From the NCBI GenBank assembly GCA_965237415.1, contig CBDEFM010000002.1, forward strand, positions 1,600,001 through 1,664,000: a DNA stretch of 64,000 nt, read 5' to 3'. Origin of the DNA: Alphaproteobacteria bacterium. Lineage in GTDB: Bacteria > Pseudomonadota > Alphaproteobacteria > UBA828. Position 1 is the stretch's first letter. Each line of letters opens with the position of its first letter. The notes under the pieces were generated by a model, which had not been told where the DNA came from, ran no database searches, and saw only the letters and a list, made by a program, of their open reading frames with translations. A program made the position numbers and the translations under genes. Below, in pieces: positions 40,554 to 53,695 of this stretch.

Positions 40554-41118
40554 GACAACCTCGCCTCGATCCTCTGAACCCACAGCCAATCACTGCATTC
40601 CCTTCAATGCCAGGAGTTTCTCAGCAGCCTGCTTGGCCCCCACCGCCCTCCCGCCAACAACGACGAACCCGCTTCGGAACCAGCCCCGCCTCGGGTGCCA
40701 CTCGAATGCGCTGGTGTGAGATGCTGGCAAGACCGTCGTCAACACTGGCAGTTACCCAACACTCCGGGCGTCAGAGTGCCCGACCGCACTTCACTTCCTT
40801 GTCCGGGCCGTGGGGCGCTCCACCTCGCTCGGCCAGCAGCCGTTACGTACGCCGTGCAGGGGCGGACCAGGCGCGCCGCATCGGGTTCCGGGCAGCGGCC
40901 TACGCCGCGCGCGCCCGTCGCCGGGAAGGGCCATACTGGCGGAGTTTTCCTCCGCCGCGGCGGGGCCATCCCGCCGCTACCGTTGTCTGATTTCTCTCCG
41001 CCGTTGACATAATCATGCTGCCACGCCCCTCACCTAAGGCAAGATGATCGGCTGGAGCATTATTCGGCCGCCATTAACACACGCAATTGACACACGGCCC
41101 CGGTCGTCGTCCGCAGCA

Positions 41119-42636
41119 TCACCATTTGCCGCGCCTCGCCCGAAGGTGCGCACGCAGTCGCTCGACGCCGCGTGCGGAGACGCCAAGACCCTTCCGGGTG
41201 CGCCGCCACAGGATGTCCTCGGCGGTCCGGGCCCACTCGTGCTCGACCAGATACGCGATCTCCGCCGCGTAAAGCCCGGCCCCGAAGTGCTCGCCGAGGT
41301 CAGCGACGCTGCTGCGGCCGGCGAGCAGGGCATGGATGTCGGTGCCGTAGTGGCGGACGCAGTGACGGAGAAGCCGCTCCGGCATCCATGAATAGCGCGC
41401 GGCGCATTGCGCGGTGAAATCACCGATGTCTGCGTTGGGGATGTCTCCACCGGGGAGAGGAGCGTCGTCCGTCCATCGCGATCCATTGACACGGAGAGGC
41501 CCCGCCAGCATGTCCACCGCCCGCTCGGCAAGCCTGCGGTACGTCGTGATCTTGCCACCATATACTGAGAGCATCGGCGCCGGAGCCGGGTCGAGGTGCA
41601 GCACGTAGTCGCGGGTGACCTCGCTCGCGTTCTCGGCCTGGTCGTCGAACAGTGGACGGATACCGGAGTACGTCCACACCACGTCGCGTGGGGCAACGGG
41701 GTTCTCGAAGTAGACGTTGGCGGCGGCACAGATGTAGTCGACTTCCTGGGGCGTGATCTCGACCCGCCCGGGCGCGCCCTCGAACTCCACGTCGGTCGTC
41801 CCCAGCAGGGTGTAGTCCTCCTCGAAGGGGATCGCGAACAGCACGCGGCCGTCGCCGGCCTGGAATATGTAGGGATGAGCGTGGTCGAAGAGCTTGCGCA
41901 CAACGATGTGGCTCCCCTTGACGAGCCTGACTCTGTGCTTCGCCCCGGCGCCGCCTGCGAGCGAGCGGATCCGGCCGACCCATGGACCGCTCGCGTTGAC
42001 GACGCTCCGCGCCCGGACGGTGAAGCGCTCGCCCGACACCCGATCGGCAAGGACCGCCGTCCAGCTCGAGCCGCACGGTGCGAGCGAGACGCAGGCGGTG
42101 CGGGTGCGGACCTCCGCCCCCCTGGCGTGCGCATCGCGGGCGTTCAGTACCACCAGCCGCGAATCCTGCACCCAGCAGTCCGAGTACTCGAAGGCCCGGC
42201 GGTAGCGGCCCTGCAACGCGCGCCCGCTCGCGTGCCGGCGGAGGTGGATGCTCGCGCACGGCGGCAGCAGGCCGCGCCCGCCGAGGTGGTCGTAGAGAAA
42301 GAGGCCCAGCCGGATCATCCACCAGGGGCGCAGCCCGGCGTGATGCGGGAGCACGAAGCGCATCGGCCAGATGATGTGCGGGGCGTTGCGCAGGAGCACC
42401 GCGCGCTCGCGCAGCGAGTGGCGCACAAGTCGGAAGTCGCGGTGCTCCAGGTAGCGAAGCCCGCCGTGGATCAGCTTGGTGCTGGCCGACGAGGTGTGCG
42501 CGGCCAGATCGTCCTGCTCGCACAGCAGAACGTCGAGGCCGCGCCCCGCCGCGTCCCGGGCGATGCCGGTGCCGTTGATGCCGCCGCCGATGACGAGCAG
42601 GTCGACCGTGCGCGGCGACGAACCCCTCACACCCAT
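41119..42636 (-). CDS. glpD: FAD-dependent glycerol-3-phosphate dehydrogenase
   Basis: IGGGINGTGIARDAAGRG, TSSASTKLIHGGLRYLE and GGKITTYR motifs. Confidence 0.93.
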   Translation of the reverse strand: MGVRGSSPRTVDLLVIGGGINGTGIARDAAGRGLDVLLCEQDDLAAHTSSASTKLIHGGLRYLEHRDFRLVRHSLRERAVLLRNAPHIIWPMRFVLPHHAGLRPWWMIRLGLFLYDHLGGRGLLPPCASIHLRRHASGRALQGRYRRAFEYSDCWVQDSRLVVLNARDAHARGAEVRTRTACVSLAPCGSSWTAVLADRVSGERFTVRARSVVNASGPWVGRIRSLAGGAGAKHRVRLVKGSHIVVRKLFDHAHPYIFQAGDGRVLFAIPFEEDYTLLGTTDVEFEGAPGRVEITPQEVDYICAAANVYFENPVAPRDVVWTYSGIRPLFDDQAENASEVTRDYVLHLDPAPAPMLSVYGGKITTYRRLAERAVDMLAGPLRVNGSRWTDDAPLPGGDIPNADIGDFTAQCAARYSWMPERLLRHCVRHYGTDIHALLAGRSSVADLGEHFGAGLYAAEIAYLVEHEWARTAEDILWRRTRKGLGVSARGVERLRAHLRARRGKW

Positions 42637-42926
42637 CTGAATACGGCCTCGCGTTGGCGGTGGCTGAGGGCCGACGAGTTTGCAGGCGGTCGTGTCATGG
42701 GAGGCGATGGCTGCGCATTGCGTCGTCCAGACGGTGAATTGGATCAGTAGCAGACCTTCTATCGTCTCCTTATGGCTGTCGACACCCGAATCGGCCCATG
42801 GCCGAGCCGTCGGGCGCCTGAAACCGGGAGGTCGCGTCGCCGGGAAACGGCGGGAGCACACGGTGTGCTCCCGCCAGCCGCGGCGCACGACCCGCCGGTT
42901 GCGCAACGGGGGCGGGCTTCCATAGC

Positions 42927-44408
<1,482 letters not shown>

Positions 44409-44421
44409 ACGCTGCAGTACC

Positions 44422-44461
44422 TAGCCCGAATATTTTTGGCAGGGTCATGGTCCGCGCAGCG
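44422..44461 (+). repeat. Decayed left end of the 207-bp MITE family
   Basis: TAGCCCGAATATTTTTGGCAGGGTCATGGTCCGCGC versus TAGCCCGGAATTCCCACCACGGTCATGGTCCGCGC at 3185. Confidence 0.5.
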
Positions 44462-44486
44462 GTAACCGCATCGGAAGGAGAGGTCA

Positions 44487-44645
44487 ATGACGGTCCCTGC
44501 AATGCCGGATACCATTGCAGTCGTTGGCAACAGTCTCATTGGTCACGGATTGGCCCGGAATTTCGTTGTTGCGGGCCACTGCGTCGTCGCCCACATGAAC
44601 CAAGGCCTCTCCAGGGAAACTACAACGTCATGGGCTCCGCAGTGA
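44487..44645 (+). pseudogene. Decayed Rossmann-fold N-terminus (3-hydroxyacyl-CoA dehydrogenase-like)
   Basis: AAGGAGAGG RBS; MTVPAMPDTIAVVGNSLIGHGLARNFVVAGHCVV then an early stop. Confidence 0.5.
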
Positions 44646-44729
44646 CGGATCAATATCCCGGCACATTCTGTCCCACTAAGGGAGGATCACCCGTGTGGGA
44701 TACTGCGGCCGGTCGACTAGCGGCTCCGT

Positions 44730-45542
44730 TCACACCCGTGAGGGCATGTGGGAGGCATCAAGTCGACGGTGAATAAGGGATAACGTGGAGAGCAAATCCT
44801 CGGCATCCGGGCGTGCCATATTCCAATTGATCCTAGCCTCATGAGCAACCGGGTTTCGAAACATGCCGAAGACCCCCTTAACCAGATTGAGAAAGCCACG
44901 TTGTTCCGACTTTTCGCTTTCAGTTTGAAGCAAATTAATCGCGATCATCGGTAGTGGGCCGCCTAATGCTCGATCGGCCAAAGTCGCACCGTCATCAGTT
45001 AAACTCGTCTTTTCTCTCATTTTCTCCGCAACACTCTTGGTGGCTTCTAGCACTGCATGGAAGAAATTGTCCGTCAAGAGTTCGGCCTTACAAAACTTCA
45101 GCACGTCCGGGTGCACGTCCCGGCGCTTCAGAGATGCTCGCAGCGCATCGGCCCGTTGTTCAGCTTCCGTTAGCGTTTTGGCTCTCCTGACAGAGGCAAG
45201 TTCTCCGTCTTCCTGCACTGACAGGCCGCAAAACGAAAGCGCCCCATTCAGGTTGTGCCGCATAGTCTCAAATTGGTCTTGCTCGCCCCGGTAGCGTGTT
45301 GGCTTCATGGCTTTGCGGATGAAGGCCAGGACAGCAGTACGGTTTCGCTTCCTATTTTGGTAGTCGACAAAAGCGTTATGAAGGCGTTTCCACTTTGTGG
45401 CAGCTGGATCAACATCGCGCAACTTGGCTAGTCGCAAGATATGTCCAATCTCGGAGCCAGTAAGCCCTTCGGTCGTATGGCCAAGCGCTTTGGCGATTGC
45501 CTCCAATTCATCCGCCGCAAATAGTTCCGGTTGCTTTACCAT
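44730..45542 (-). CDS. TIGR02391/Ymh-family protein with HEPN-like RxxxxH motif
   Basis: VHPDVLKFC...HAVLEATKSV...DG..L...SEQRGF..L.KG.FGMFRNPVAH; N-terminal GLTGSEI...TKWKRL domain. Confidence 0.85.
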   Translation of the reverse strand: MVKQPELFAADELEAIAKALGHTTEGLTGSEIGHILRLAKLRDVDPAATKWKRLHNAFVDYQNRKRNRTAVLAFIRKAMKPTRYRGEQDQFETMRHNLNGALSFCGLSVQEDGELASVRRAKTLTEAEQRADALRASLKRRDVHPDVLKFCKAELLTDNFFHAVLEATKSVAEKMREKTSLTDDGATLADRALGGPLPMIAINLLQTESEKSEQRGFLNLVKGVFGMFRNPVAHEARINWNMARPDAEDLLSTLSLIHRRLDASHMPSRV

Positions 45543-45565
45543 TGTTCTTTGCCGCTTGAAGTTTT

Positions 45566-46084
45566 CTAAAAGGCCTCATCCGGGAAGTCTTCATGAGTTA
45601 GCCATACAAAGTCGCGATCTGAAATACTTCCGGCGACGATCTTTTCTTCTGCCGCCCGTAAGTAGACAGGAAAGTTTCGTTCGAGTGCTTTTCCAAATTC
45701 CTTGTCCGTTTCGTAATTCGCACGGTCCATATCATCAATGATTCCATATGGGATCGCTACGGTATACGGATGACCGCGATAGCGGACTCGCAGCATCAAT
45801 TTGTGCGCGTCTGTCTTGACGTTTCGACTGTATTCGATCTCGACTTTCCGAAACCTGACCCCTACGCCGCCGCCATTATCGGGTATGAATTCGACGCCGG
45901 CTGCTTCTATCGCGCTTTGAATGGCCAATAGATTCTGCCTCATCGGTGTTCTATAGTTGCTCTCAAATTCGGTCACAGTGGTACGGGCCACCTGAGCGTT
46001 CAGGGCTAATTCGTGCTGGCTCCAGTTCAATAGGGCCCTCCCCGCCCTGCATTGCGCCGCATTCAGCATCGAAGTCTCCGGCAA
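45566..46084 (-). CDS. Xre-type HTH protein with an extra C-terminal domain
   Basis: QCRAGRALLNWSQHELA...TV..FE...EAAGVEFI...GVGVRF followed by about 90 extra residues. Confidence 0.85.
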   Translation of the reverse strand: MPETSMLNAAQCRAGRALLNWSQHELALNAQVARTTVTEFESNYRTPMRQNLLAIQSAIEAAGVEFIPDNGGGVGVRFRKVEIEYSRNVKTDAHKLMLRVRYRGHPYTVAIPYGIIDDMDRANYETDKEFGKALERNFPVYLRAAEEKIVAGSISDRDFVWLTHEDFPDEAF

Positions 46085-46196
46085 TGGCTATTTGTTCGAC
46101 TTCCGTCATTTTGTTTGATGTCGGACGATTCGTCAAGACCCCCAGTTGGATTTCTTGAGGGGACCCCTTGTGTGGACAGTTTCCGACGGCTGACTG

Positions 46197-46262
46197 GCTG
46201 ACGCGGTGGCGCGCACGCTCACGCGCCCGGCATCGACCGGCGAGAATGAGCGCCAGCGATAG
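46197..46262 (+). repeat. 66-bp direct repeat, copy B (orphan glpK C-terminus)
   Basis: Encodes ADAVARTLTRPASTGENERQR* versus glpK ADAVARTLTRPASTSEKEKQR*. Confidence 0.88.
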
Positions 46263-46280
46263 ATGGCGAGGCAATGCGGG

Positions 46281-47354
<1,074 letters not shown>

Positions 47355-47356
47355 CG

Positions 47357-48217
47357 TCAGCCCTTCACCGCCCCCATCGTCATCCCCTTGATGAAGTAGC
47401 GCTGGAAGAACAGGAACACCACGAGCGTCGGCAGGCTCGCGATCAGCGACAGCGCTCCCTGCACCCCCCAGGCCACCGAGTACTGCCCCCGGAGGTTCAC
47501 GATCCCCAGCATGATGGTCCGCTGCTCGTCGGATTGGGTGAAGATGAGCGGCCACAGGAAGTCGTTCCAGATCCAGGTGAACTGGAGCGTCGCCAGCACC
47601 GCCAGCGCCGGCAGGCTCAGCGGCAGCGCCACCCGGGTCAGCACCTGCCACTCGTTCGCGCCTTCCAGGATGGCCGCCTCACGCAGTGCATTTGGGACGG
47701 TGGCGAAGAAGTTGCGCATCAGCAGCGTGCAGATGGGGATGCCCATCGCGGTGTGGATGATGATGATGGGGTACAGCGTGTCGATCAGATCCACGGCGTT
47801 GAAGAGCCGGAACAGTGGGATCAGGATCACCTGCGGCGGGAAGAACATGCCGGAGACGATGGCGAGGAAAAGCAGGTTGCTGCCGCGGAACGGCAGTTTG
47901 GTGAACACGTAGCCGGCCAGCGACCCCAGCGCGATCGAGGCCACCGTCGCAGGAGCAGTGACGAGGAGCGTGTTGAGGAAGTACCGGTGCACGGCCGGAT
48001 TGCCAAGCACCTCGGCGTAGTTGCCCCAGTACAGCTCGGACGGGATCGTCCACAGCGCGCCCAGGGCGATGTCGCGGGTGGTCTTGATCGAGGACAGCAG
48101 CACGCCGGCGGTGGGGGCCAGGAACAGCACCGCCAGACACGCGAGCACGATGAAGATCACCGCGGGCCACGGGTTGAACCGCCTGCGCGAGTCCGGGACG
48201 AACGCCGCGTCAACCAT
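47357..48217 (-). CDS. Carbohydrate ABC permease (MalG-like)
   Basis: EAAILEGA, WNDFLWP and FFQRYFIKG motifs. Confidence 0.92.
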   Translation of the reverse strand: MVDAAFVPDSRRRFNPWPAVIFIVLACLAVLFLAPTAGVLLSSIKTTRDIALGALWTIPSELYWGNYAEVLGNPAVHRYFLNTLLVTAPATVASIALGSLAGYVFTKLPFRGSNLLFLAIVSGMFFPPQVILIPLFRLFNAVDLIDTLYPIIIIHTAMGIPICTLLMRNFFATVPNALREAAILEGANEWQVLTRVALPLSLPALAVLATLQFTWIWNDFLWPLIFTQSDEQRTIMLGIVNLRGQYSVAWGVQGALSLIASLPTLVVFLFFQRYFIKGMTMGAVKG

Positions 48218-49091
48218 GAATCTCGTCGACCTTGCGCAACTGGCGGAAGTAGACGCGGACGATGGTCAGCGCGATCAGGAACAGGACCACCGAGATGGCG
48301 CTGCCGTAGCCCATCAGGTACTTCTTGAACGACTCGTTGTACATGTGCATGGCCAGCGTGTCGGAGCTGTTGAACGGCCCGCCGCCGGTCATGGTGTAGA
48401 GGATGTCGAACCCCTTGAGCGAGTTGATGACGTTGAGCGCGATCACCACCACGGTGGCCGGGGCGAGCAGAGGGATGACCACCAGGCGGATGCGCTGCAC
48501 GGTTCGCGCGCCCTCGATCTCGCACACCTCCAGCAGCTCCTCGGGGATGGTGGTCAGCCCGGCCAGAAAGATCACCATCGAGAGCCCGGTCTGCTGCCAC
48601 GACCAGGCGACGATCACCGACCACAACGCGCTATCCGGCTTCGCCAGCCATGCGTAGTTGAACCGCTCGCCGCTCACCGCCTCCACCACGGTGTTCAGCA
48701 GCCCCCAGTCCGGCTGGTAGATCCACACCCAGATCTGCCCGACCACCACGGCCGAGAGGCAGATCGGAAGGTAGAAGATCGACTTGAACACCGACCCGCC
48801 GGGAATGCGGCTGTCGATCAGCAGGGCGAGCCCAAGCCCGAGCGCGGTCGGCACGAGGATCGCCGCGACGATCCAGAGCGCGGTGTTGATCGCGGCGTTG
48901 AGGAACAGCTTGTCGGTGTGGATCTTGAGGAAGTTGTCGAAGCCGACGTAGTCGTAGTCGGGATTGAAGCCGTTCCAGTTGGTGAAGCTGTAGTAGAAGG
49001 AACTCGCGAGCGGCCAAACCACGAACGCCGCAAACACCGCAAGCGGCAGCGCCAGCAGAATCACCCGCCAGAAACGGTTCTCCCGTTCCAT
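48210..49091 (-). CDS. Carbohydrate ABC permease (MalF/UgpA-like)
   Basis: YVGFDNF, FLAGL..IP.EL.E...IEGA and MTGGGP motifs. Confidence 0.92.
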   Translation of the reverse strand: MERENRFWRVILLALPLAVFAAFVVWPLASSFYYSFTNWNGFNPDYDYVGFDNFLKIHTDKLFLNAAINTALWIVAAILVPTALGLGLALLIDSRIPGGSVFKSIFYLPICLSAVVVGQIWVWIYQPDWGLLNTVVEAVSGERFNYAWLAKPDSALWSVIVAWSWQQTGLSMVIFLAGLTTIPEELLEVCEIEGARTVQRIRLVVIPLLAPATVVVIALNVINSLKGFDILYTMTGGGPFNSSDTLAMHMYNESFKKYLMGYGSAISVVLFLIALTIVRVYFRQLRKVDEIHG

Positions 49092-49168
49092 CGATCACTG
49101 CTCATGACGGAAAGTGGACGGGCCGCCGGGTAAATTCCGCCCGGCGGCCCGCCCGCACGAGACCGCGT

Positions 49169-50440
49169 CTACTCCGTGAACGCCTGCGCGGCGTCCGCGG
49201 CGACCTGTGCGAGGATGTCGTCCACTTGGCTCGGGTCGTCCATGAAGCGCGAGAACATGGAGAGCCCGACCTCCGCCACCGGCGGTGGCGTCGCGAGGTC
49301 GTAGTTGAACGCGAAGTTGTCCGCCCCGGCCACGGTGGCGGAAACCCGCTGCATGACCTCGTTGTAGTTCGCCGGATCGACGTTGACGTTGGCGGAGAGC
49401 GCCCCGTATGCGCCGGTCCAGCTCGCCTGCACATCGGCGCTCGACATCATGTAGCTCAGGAACGCCTCGGCGCCGGCGCGGTTCTCCCCGTCGTTGGAGA
49501 TGACCAGACCGTCCACCGGACCGACCACCGACGCGGGAACGCCCTCGGCGATGGACGGGAACGGGAAGAAGTCGTAGTCCTTGCCGGCCTCCAGCCCGAG
49601 TCCGTTCCAGTAGCCGGTGATCCAGGTGCCCATCAGGGTCATCGCCGCGTCGCCGCGGGCCACCTTGTCCGACGCATCCGTCCACGAATCGGCGTTGGCG
49701 TTGGGAGCGAAGTAGCCCTTGTCCGCCAGATCCTTCCACGTCGCCATGGCGGCCTTGACCTCGGCGTCGTCATAGGCGGCGGAGCCGTTCATCAGACTTG
49801 CGCGATAGTCGGGGCCGGCGGTGCCCAGGAGCAGGTAGTCGAACCAGAACTGGGCGGGCCAGCGATTCTTCGAGCCGAGCGCGATCGGCGTCACGCCGTT
49901 TGCCTTCAGCGTCTCGCACAGCGACAGGAACCCGTCCCAGGTCGTCGGCATATCGGTGACGCCTGCGTCCGCGAGCACCTGGGTGTTATAGAACATGCCC
50001 GCGTAATGGTAGTTGAACGGCACCAGGTAGCGCTTGCCGTTGTACATGGTGGCGCTGTCGGCCACGGACTTCGCGACGACATTGTCGAGGCCGTCCCGGG
50101 CCCACATGTCGTCGATGGGGTGGAGGCTTCCGGAATCGACGACGAACTGCGTCCGCGCTCCGGCCCAGTAGCTGAAGACGTCAGGCAGGCTGTCGCCGGC
50201 CGCGCGCACCAGGATATCGGTCTTGAAGTCCTCGTGACCGATGGGGCTGTTCTTGATCGTGTAGCCCGTGTCGGCTTCGAACTTCGCGACCTGCTCGTTG
50301 AAGATCTTGAGTCCGAACTCCCCGGTGAAGTAGTGCGTCAGAGTGACGTCGCCGCCTTGCGCGAAGGCGGGCGCGCCGAGCACCAGGGCCGGCACGACCG
50401 CCACGGCGGCCAGCAACCCGCGCCTGTTGAGAGTGATCAT
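49169..50440 (-). CDS. Carbohydrate ABC substrate-binding protein
   Basis: LNRRGLL leader; PDVF, MFYN..V, PTTWD and AAMTLMGTW motifs. Confidence 0.9.
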   Translation of the reverse strand: MITLNRRGLLAAVAVVPALVLGAPAFAQGGDVTLTHYFTGEFGLKIFNEQVAKFEADTGYTIKNSPIGHEDFKTDILVRAAGDSLPDVFSYWAGARTQFVVDSGSLHPIDDMWARDGLDNVVAKSVADSATMYNGKRYLVPFNYHYAGMFYNTQVLADAGVTDMPTTWDGFLSLCETLKANGVTPIALGSKNRWPAQFWFDYLLLGTAGPDYRASLMNGSAAYDDAEVKAAMATWKDLADKGYFAPNANADSWTDASDKVARGDAAMTLMGTWITGYWNGLGLEAGKDYDFFPFPSIAEGVPASVVGPVDGLVISNDGENRAGAEAFLSYMMSSADVQASWTGAYGALSANVNVDPANYNEVMQRVSATVAGADNFAFNYDLATPPPVAEVGLSMFSRFMDDPSQVDDILAQVAADAAQAFTE

Positions 50441-50702
50441 GGAATTCCCCCTTGCGGTTGACATGCCAGCGCTTTCGATGAGCGCCTCGGCAGTCAAGCG
50501 CATCGCTCCCAGCGGTGTCAACGGAAACGGGGCGGATGCACCAGGGTGCTGCACGCGAGCGTGCCGAACGGTCGATGAGACGCCGGCGGCATGTGTTGCG
50601 CGACGGCGCGGAATCCGCCTACTTTCGCAGCGTATCGGCGCCGCGGGACGACCCCGCGTGGCCGGCGTCTCCACCCGCTGCCGCGACGGGAGCTGACGAG
50701 CC

Positions 50703-51797
50703 ATGCAGACCGGTCCCATCGGAGTCGGCATCGTGGGCACGGGCCGCATCTCCGATCTGCACGCCATCGAGTACCTGGCCAGCCCGCTGGCGCGGATCGT
50801 GGCGCTCTGCGATGTGGACAGGGCGCGCGCGGCGGGGCGGGCGGCGGCCTGGGGCCTCGACGACATCGCCATCGACGACGACATCGATGTCCTGCTCGCC
50901 CGCCCGGACGTGGATCTTGTCGAGATCCTGCTCCCCCATCACCTGCATCTCGAAGCGGCACTGAAGTCCGTCGACGCCGGCAAGATCGTCTCGCTCCAGA
51001 AGCCGATGTGCATCTCACTCGAGGAGGCCGACCGCCTGGTCGCCGCCGCGGAAGCCTCGGATCGCCCCTTCAAGGTGTTCGAGAACTTCCTGTTCTACCC
51101 CCCTGTCGTCCGGGCGCGGGAGCTGATCGCCGAGGACGCGATCGGCACGCCGCTCTCCATCCGCATCAAGAGCAACCCGGGGCGGAGCGCGACCGCCTGG
51201 GACGTGCCGGAAAGCGCCATCGCCTGGCGGCAGCGGCCCGAGCAGTCCGGCGGCGGGCCGCTGGTGTTCGACGACGGCCACCACAAGTTCGCCCTCGCCT
51301 GGCACTTCATGGGCGAGCCGGAGGAGGTCCACGCCTTCATCGGGCATACCGAAACGGCGGACCACCGGGCGCGGCTGGACGCGCCCTCGATCGTGTCGTT
51401 CCGCTTTCCCGGCAACCGCATCGGCAACCTGGAGATCGTCCATTCGCCGGAGCTCGAGGTCGCAACCCGGCACTATGCCCAGGACGACCGTGTGGAGATC
51501 ACCGGCAGCAGGGGAGTGATCTGGGTGAACGGCGGCCACGGGCGCCTGGGCGACGCGCCGCCGCTCGCGTTGTACCGGGACGGCGCCCTCACCGAGTTCC
51601 GCGACGTGGAGACCGGCTGGGAGCAGAGCTTCGTGCTGTCCACACGCCACTTTCTGGAGGTCGTGTCGCAGGGCGGGCGTCCGGTGCTGACCGCGCGCGA
51701 GGGCCGGCAGGTACTGCGCTTCGCGCTCGCCGCCCTGGAGTCCGCCCGCCTGCGCAGGCCGGTGCCGGTCGCTGCCGAAGGAGGACCCTGCGCATGA
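50703..51797 (+). CDS. Gfo/Idh/MocA-family NAD(P) oxidoreductase
   Basis: GIVGTGRIS, PHHLH, QKP and GGG...D.G.H motifs. Confidence 0.88.
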   Translation: MQTGPIGVGIVGTGRISDLHAIEYLASPLARIVALCDVDRARAAGRAAAWGLDDIAIDDDIDVLLARPDVDLVEILLPHHLHLEAALKSVDAGKIVSLQKPMCISLEEADRLVAAAEASDRPFKVFENFLFYPPVVRARELIAEDAIGTPLSIRIKSNPGRSATAWDVPESAIAWRQRPEQSGGGPLVFDDGHHKFALAWHFMGEPEEVHAFIGHTETADHRARLDAPSIVSFRFPGNRIGNLEIVHSPELEVATRHYAQDDRVEITGSRGVIWVNGGHGRLGDAPPLALYRDGALTEFRDVETGWEQSFVLSTRHFLEVVSQGGRPVLTAREGRQVLRFALAALESARLRRPVPVAAEGGPCA

Positions 51798-53695
51798 CGA
51801 ACACCACTGGCACGCTCGGATCGCCGCCATCGTCGATGGACGAGAGAGCGGGCTGGCTCGCCGATGCCGGCGGCCTGAACGCGGCCATCGATGCCGGGCG
51901 GCTCGGCGAGGCGGTCGCCCTCCCCCTCGCCGAGGCGCTGGTGCTGGGCCTGATGCGTCAGGGAGTGACGAAGTACCTCGCGATCTTCGGGCACGGCTCC
52001 ACCGCGATCGGGGAGGTGCTGCGGGTTTACCAGGCCCACGGTCTGGTCCGGTGCTGGCAGTTCCGCAACGAGGTCGCGATGGCGCACGCCGCCACTGCGC
52101 TCCGCTGGGTGTACGGAGAGCCGTCCGCAGTCGTCACGTCCATCGGGCCGGGAGCGATGCAGGCAATGGCCGGATCGCTGGCGGCGGCCTCCAATGGGGT
52201 CGGCGTCTATCACCTCTACGGCGACGAGACCACCCACGGCGAAGGCTACAACATGCAGCAGGTGCCCAAGCCGGCACAGGGGCTGTTCGGGCAGATGACC
52301 TCGCTGATGGGCGAGTCCTGGACCCTGCACAGCCCCGGCGCGCTGCGGGCGGCGTTGCGCCGGGGCGCGATGACGGTGTTCCACCCATGGCGGGCCGGTC
52401 CGTTCTACTTCAACCTGCCCATCAACACCCAACCCGCGGAGACCCTGATTCGGCTCGATGCCCTGCCGGCGGCGCCCGAGTTCTCCCCTGCCGCACCCGC
52501 CGGCGAGGAAGCATACGCCCAGGCGGCGGCGCTCGTCGCCGGCGCCCGGCGCGTCGCGGTCAAGGCGGGCGGGGGGGCGCGACCCTTCGCCAGCGCGATC
52601 CGGGAGTTCGTGGAGCGCGCGGGGGCGGCGGTGGTGCTCAGCCCCGGCTCGACCGGGGTGATGCCCGACGACCACCCGCAGAACCTGCACGTCGGCGGCT
52701 CCAAGGGAACCATCAGCGGCAACTTCGCGATGGAGGAAGCGGACCTGCTGGCGGTCATCGGCAGCCGGGCGGTGTGCCAGAGCGACTGCTCGGGGACGGG
52801 ATGGCCGAAGGTCCGCCACGTCGTCAACATCAACGCCGATCCGGAGGACGTCCAGCACTACAACCGCACCTCTGCGCTCTGCGGCGATGCCGGTGCGGTA
52901 CTGGAGCGCCTGAACGACGTGCTGCGTCGCGATCATCCGCAGGCACCCGCGAGCAAGCGGGAGTGGCTCGACGCCTGCGCCGCGAAGAAAGCCGAGTGGC
53001 GGGCGTTCAGGACCGCGCAGCTCGATGCCGCCGCCCCCATCGACACGGTCTGGCAGCGGGCGGTGTTGACCCAGCCCCAGGCGATCGCGGTGACCGCGGC
53101 GTTCTGTAAGGCGCGGGGCGCCATCAAGTTCTTCGACGCCGGCGACGTGCAGGCCAACGGTTTCCAGATCGTCGAGGACGACTCGCCATACGAGACCTTT
53201 ACCGAGGCGGGTGCGTCCTACATGGGGTTCTCGGTGTCGGCCCTGCTAGCCGGTGCACTGGCCGACCACGGGCGCTATGCCGTCGCCTTCACCGGCGACG
53301 GTTCGTTCACGATGAACCCGCAGGTCTTGATCGACGGCGTGGAGCACGGCGTGCGCGGCGCCATCGTCCTGTTCGACAACCGCCGCATGGGCGCGATCAG
53401 CCAGTTGCAGCGTGCGCAGTACGGAGCGGAATTCCGCACCTCGGACTCCGTACCGGTGGACTACGTGCAGATGGCGGCATCGGTCGCGGGAGTGAAGGCG
53501 TTGTCGGGAGGGTTCGATCCGTCCTCCCTGGCCGCGGCGCTTGAAGAGGCGTTCGATTACGACGGCCTCAGCCTCATCCACGTCCCGGTCTACTTCGGGG
53601 ACGATCCCCGGGGCGGCATGGGGGCCTACGGGCGCTGGAACGTCGGCAACTGGTGCGACGACGTGCAGGACCGTTACGTGCGTACACTGATCTGA
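51794..53695 (+). CDS. ThDP-dependent enzyme, IolD-like
   Basis: ATGA overlap; AIFGHG, RNEVAMAHAA, TSIGPGA, SYMGF and GDGSF.M...N motifs. Confidence 0.82.
   Translation: MTNTTGTLGSPPSSMDERAGWLADAGGLNAAIDAGRLGEAVALPLAEALVLGLMRQGVTKYLAIFGHGSTAIGEVLRVYQAHGLVRCWQFRNEVAMAHAATALRWVYGEPSAVVTSIGPGAMQAMAGSLAAASNGVGVYHLYGDETTHGEGYNMQQVPKPAQGLFGQMTSLMGESWTLHSPGALRAALRRGAMTVFHPWRAGPFYFNLPINTQPAETLIRLDALPAAPEFSPAAPAGEEAYAQAAALVAGARRVAVKAGGGARPFASAIREFVERAGAAVVLSPGSTGVMPDDHPQNLHVGGSKGTISGNFAMEEADLLAVIGSRAVCQSDCSGTGWPKVRHVVNINADPEDVQHYNRTSALCGDAGAVLERLNDVLRRDHPQAPASKREWLDACAAKKAEWRAFRTAQLDAAAPIDTVWQRAVLTQPQAIAVTAAFCKARGAIKFFDAGDVQANGFQIVEDDSPYETFTEAGASYMGFSVSALLAGALADHGRYAVAFTGDGSFTMNPQVLIDGVEHGVRGAIVLFDNRRMGAISQLQRAQYGAEFRTSDSVPVDYVQMAASVAGVKALSGGFDPSSLAAALEEAFDYDGLSLIHVPVYFGDDPRGGMGAYGRWNVGNWCDDVQDRYVRTLI

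Noticed and set aside
13697-40970. Shared 16-mer CGCGGCGGGGCCATCC at about 13697 and 40955
   Set aside because: Too short and GC-rich, and the flanks do not align convincingly.
50591-51793. 1034-aa ORF suggesting a large fusion with the IolD-like enzyme
   Set aside because: The first 401 codons are an Arg/Pro-rich alternate frame of the Gfo/Idh/MocA gene; the real start with RBS is ATG51794.
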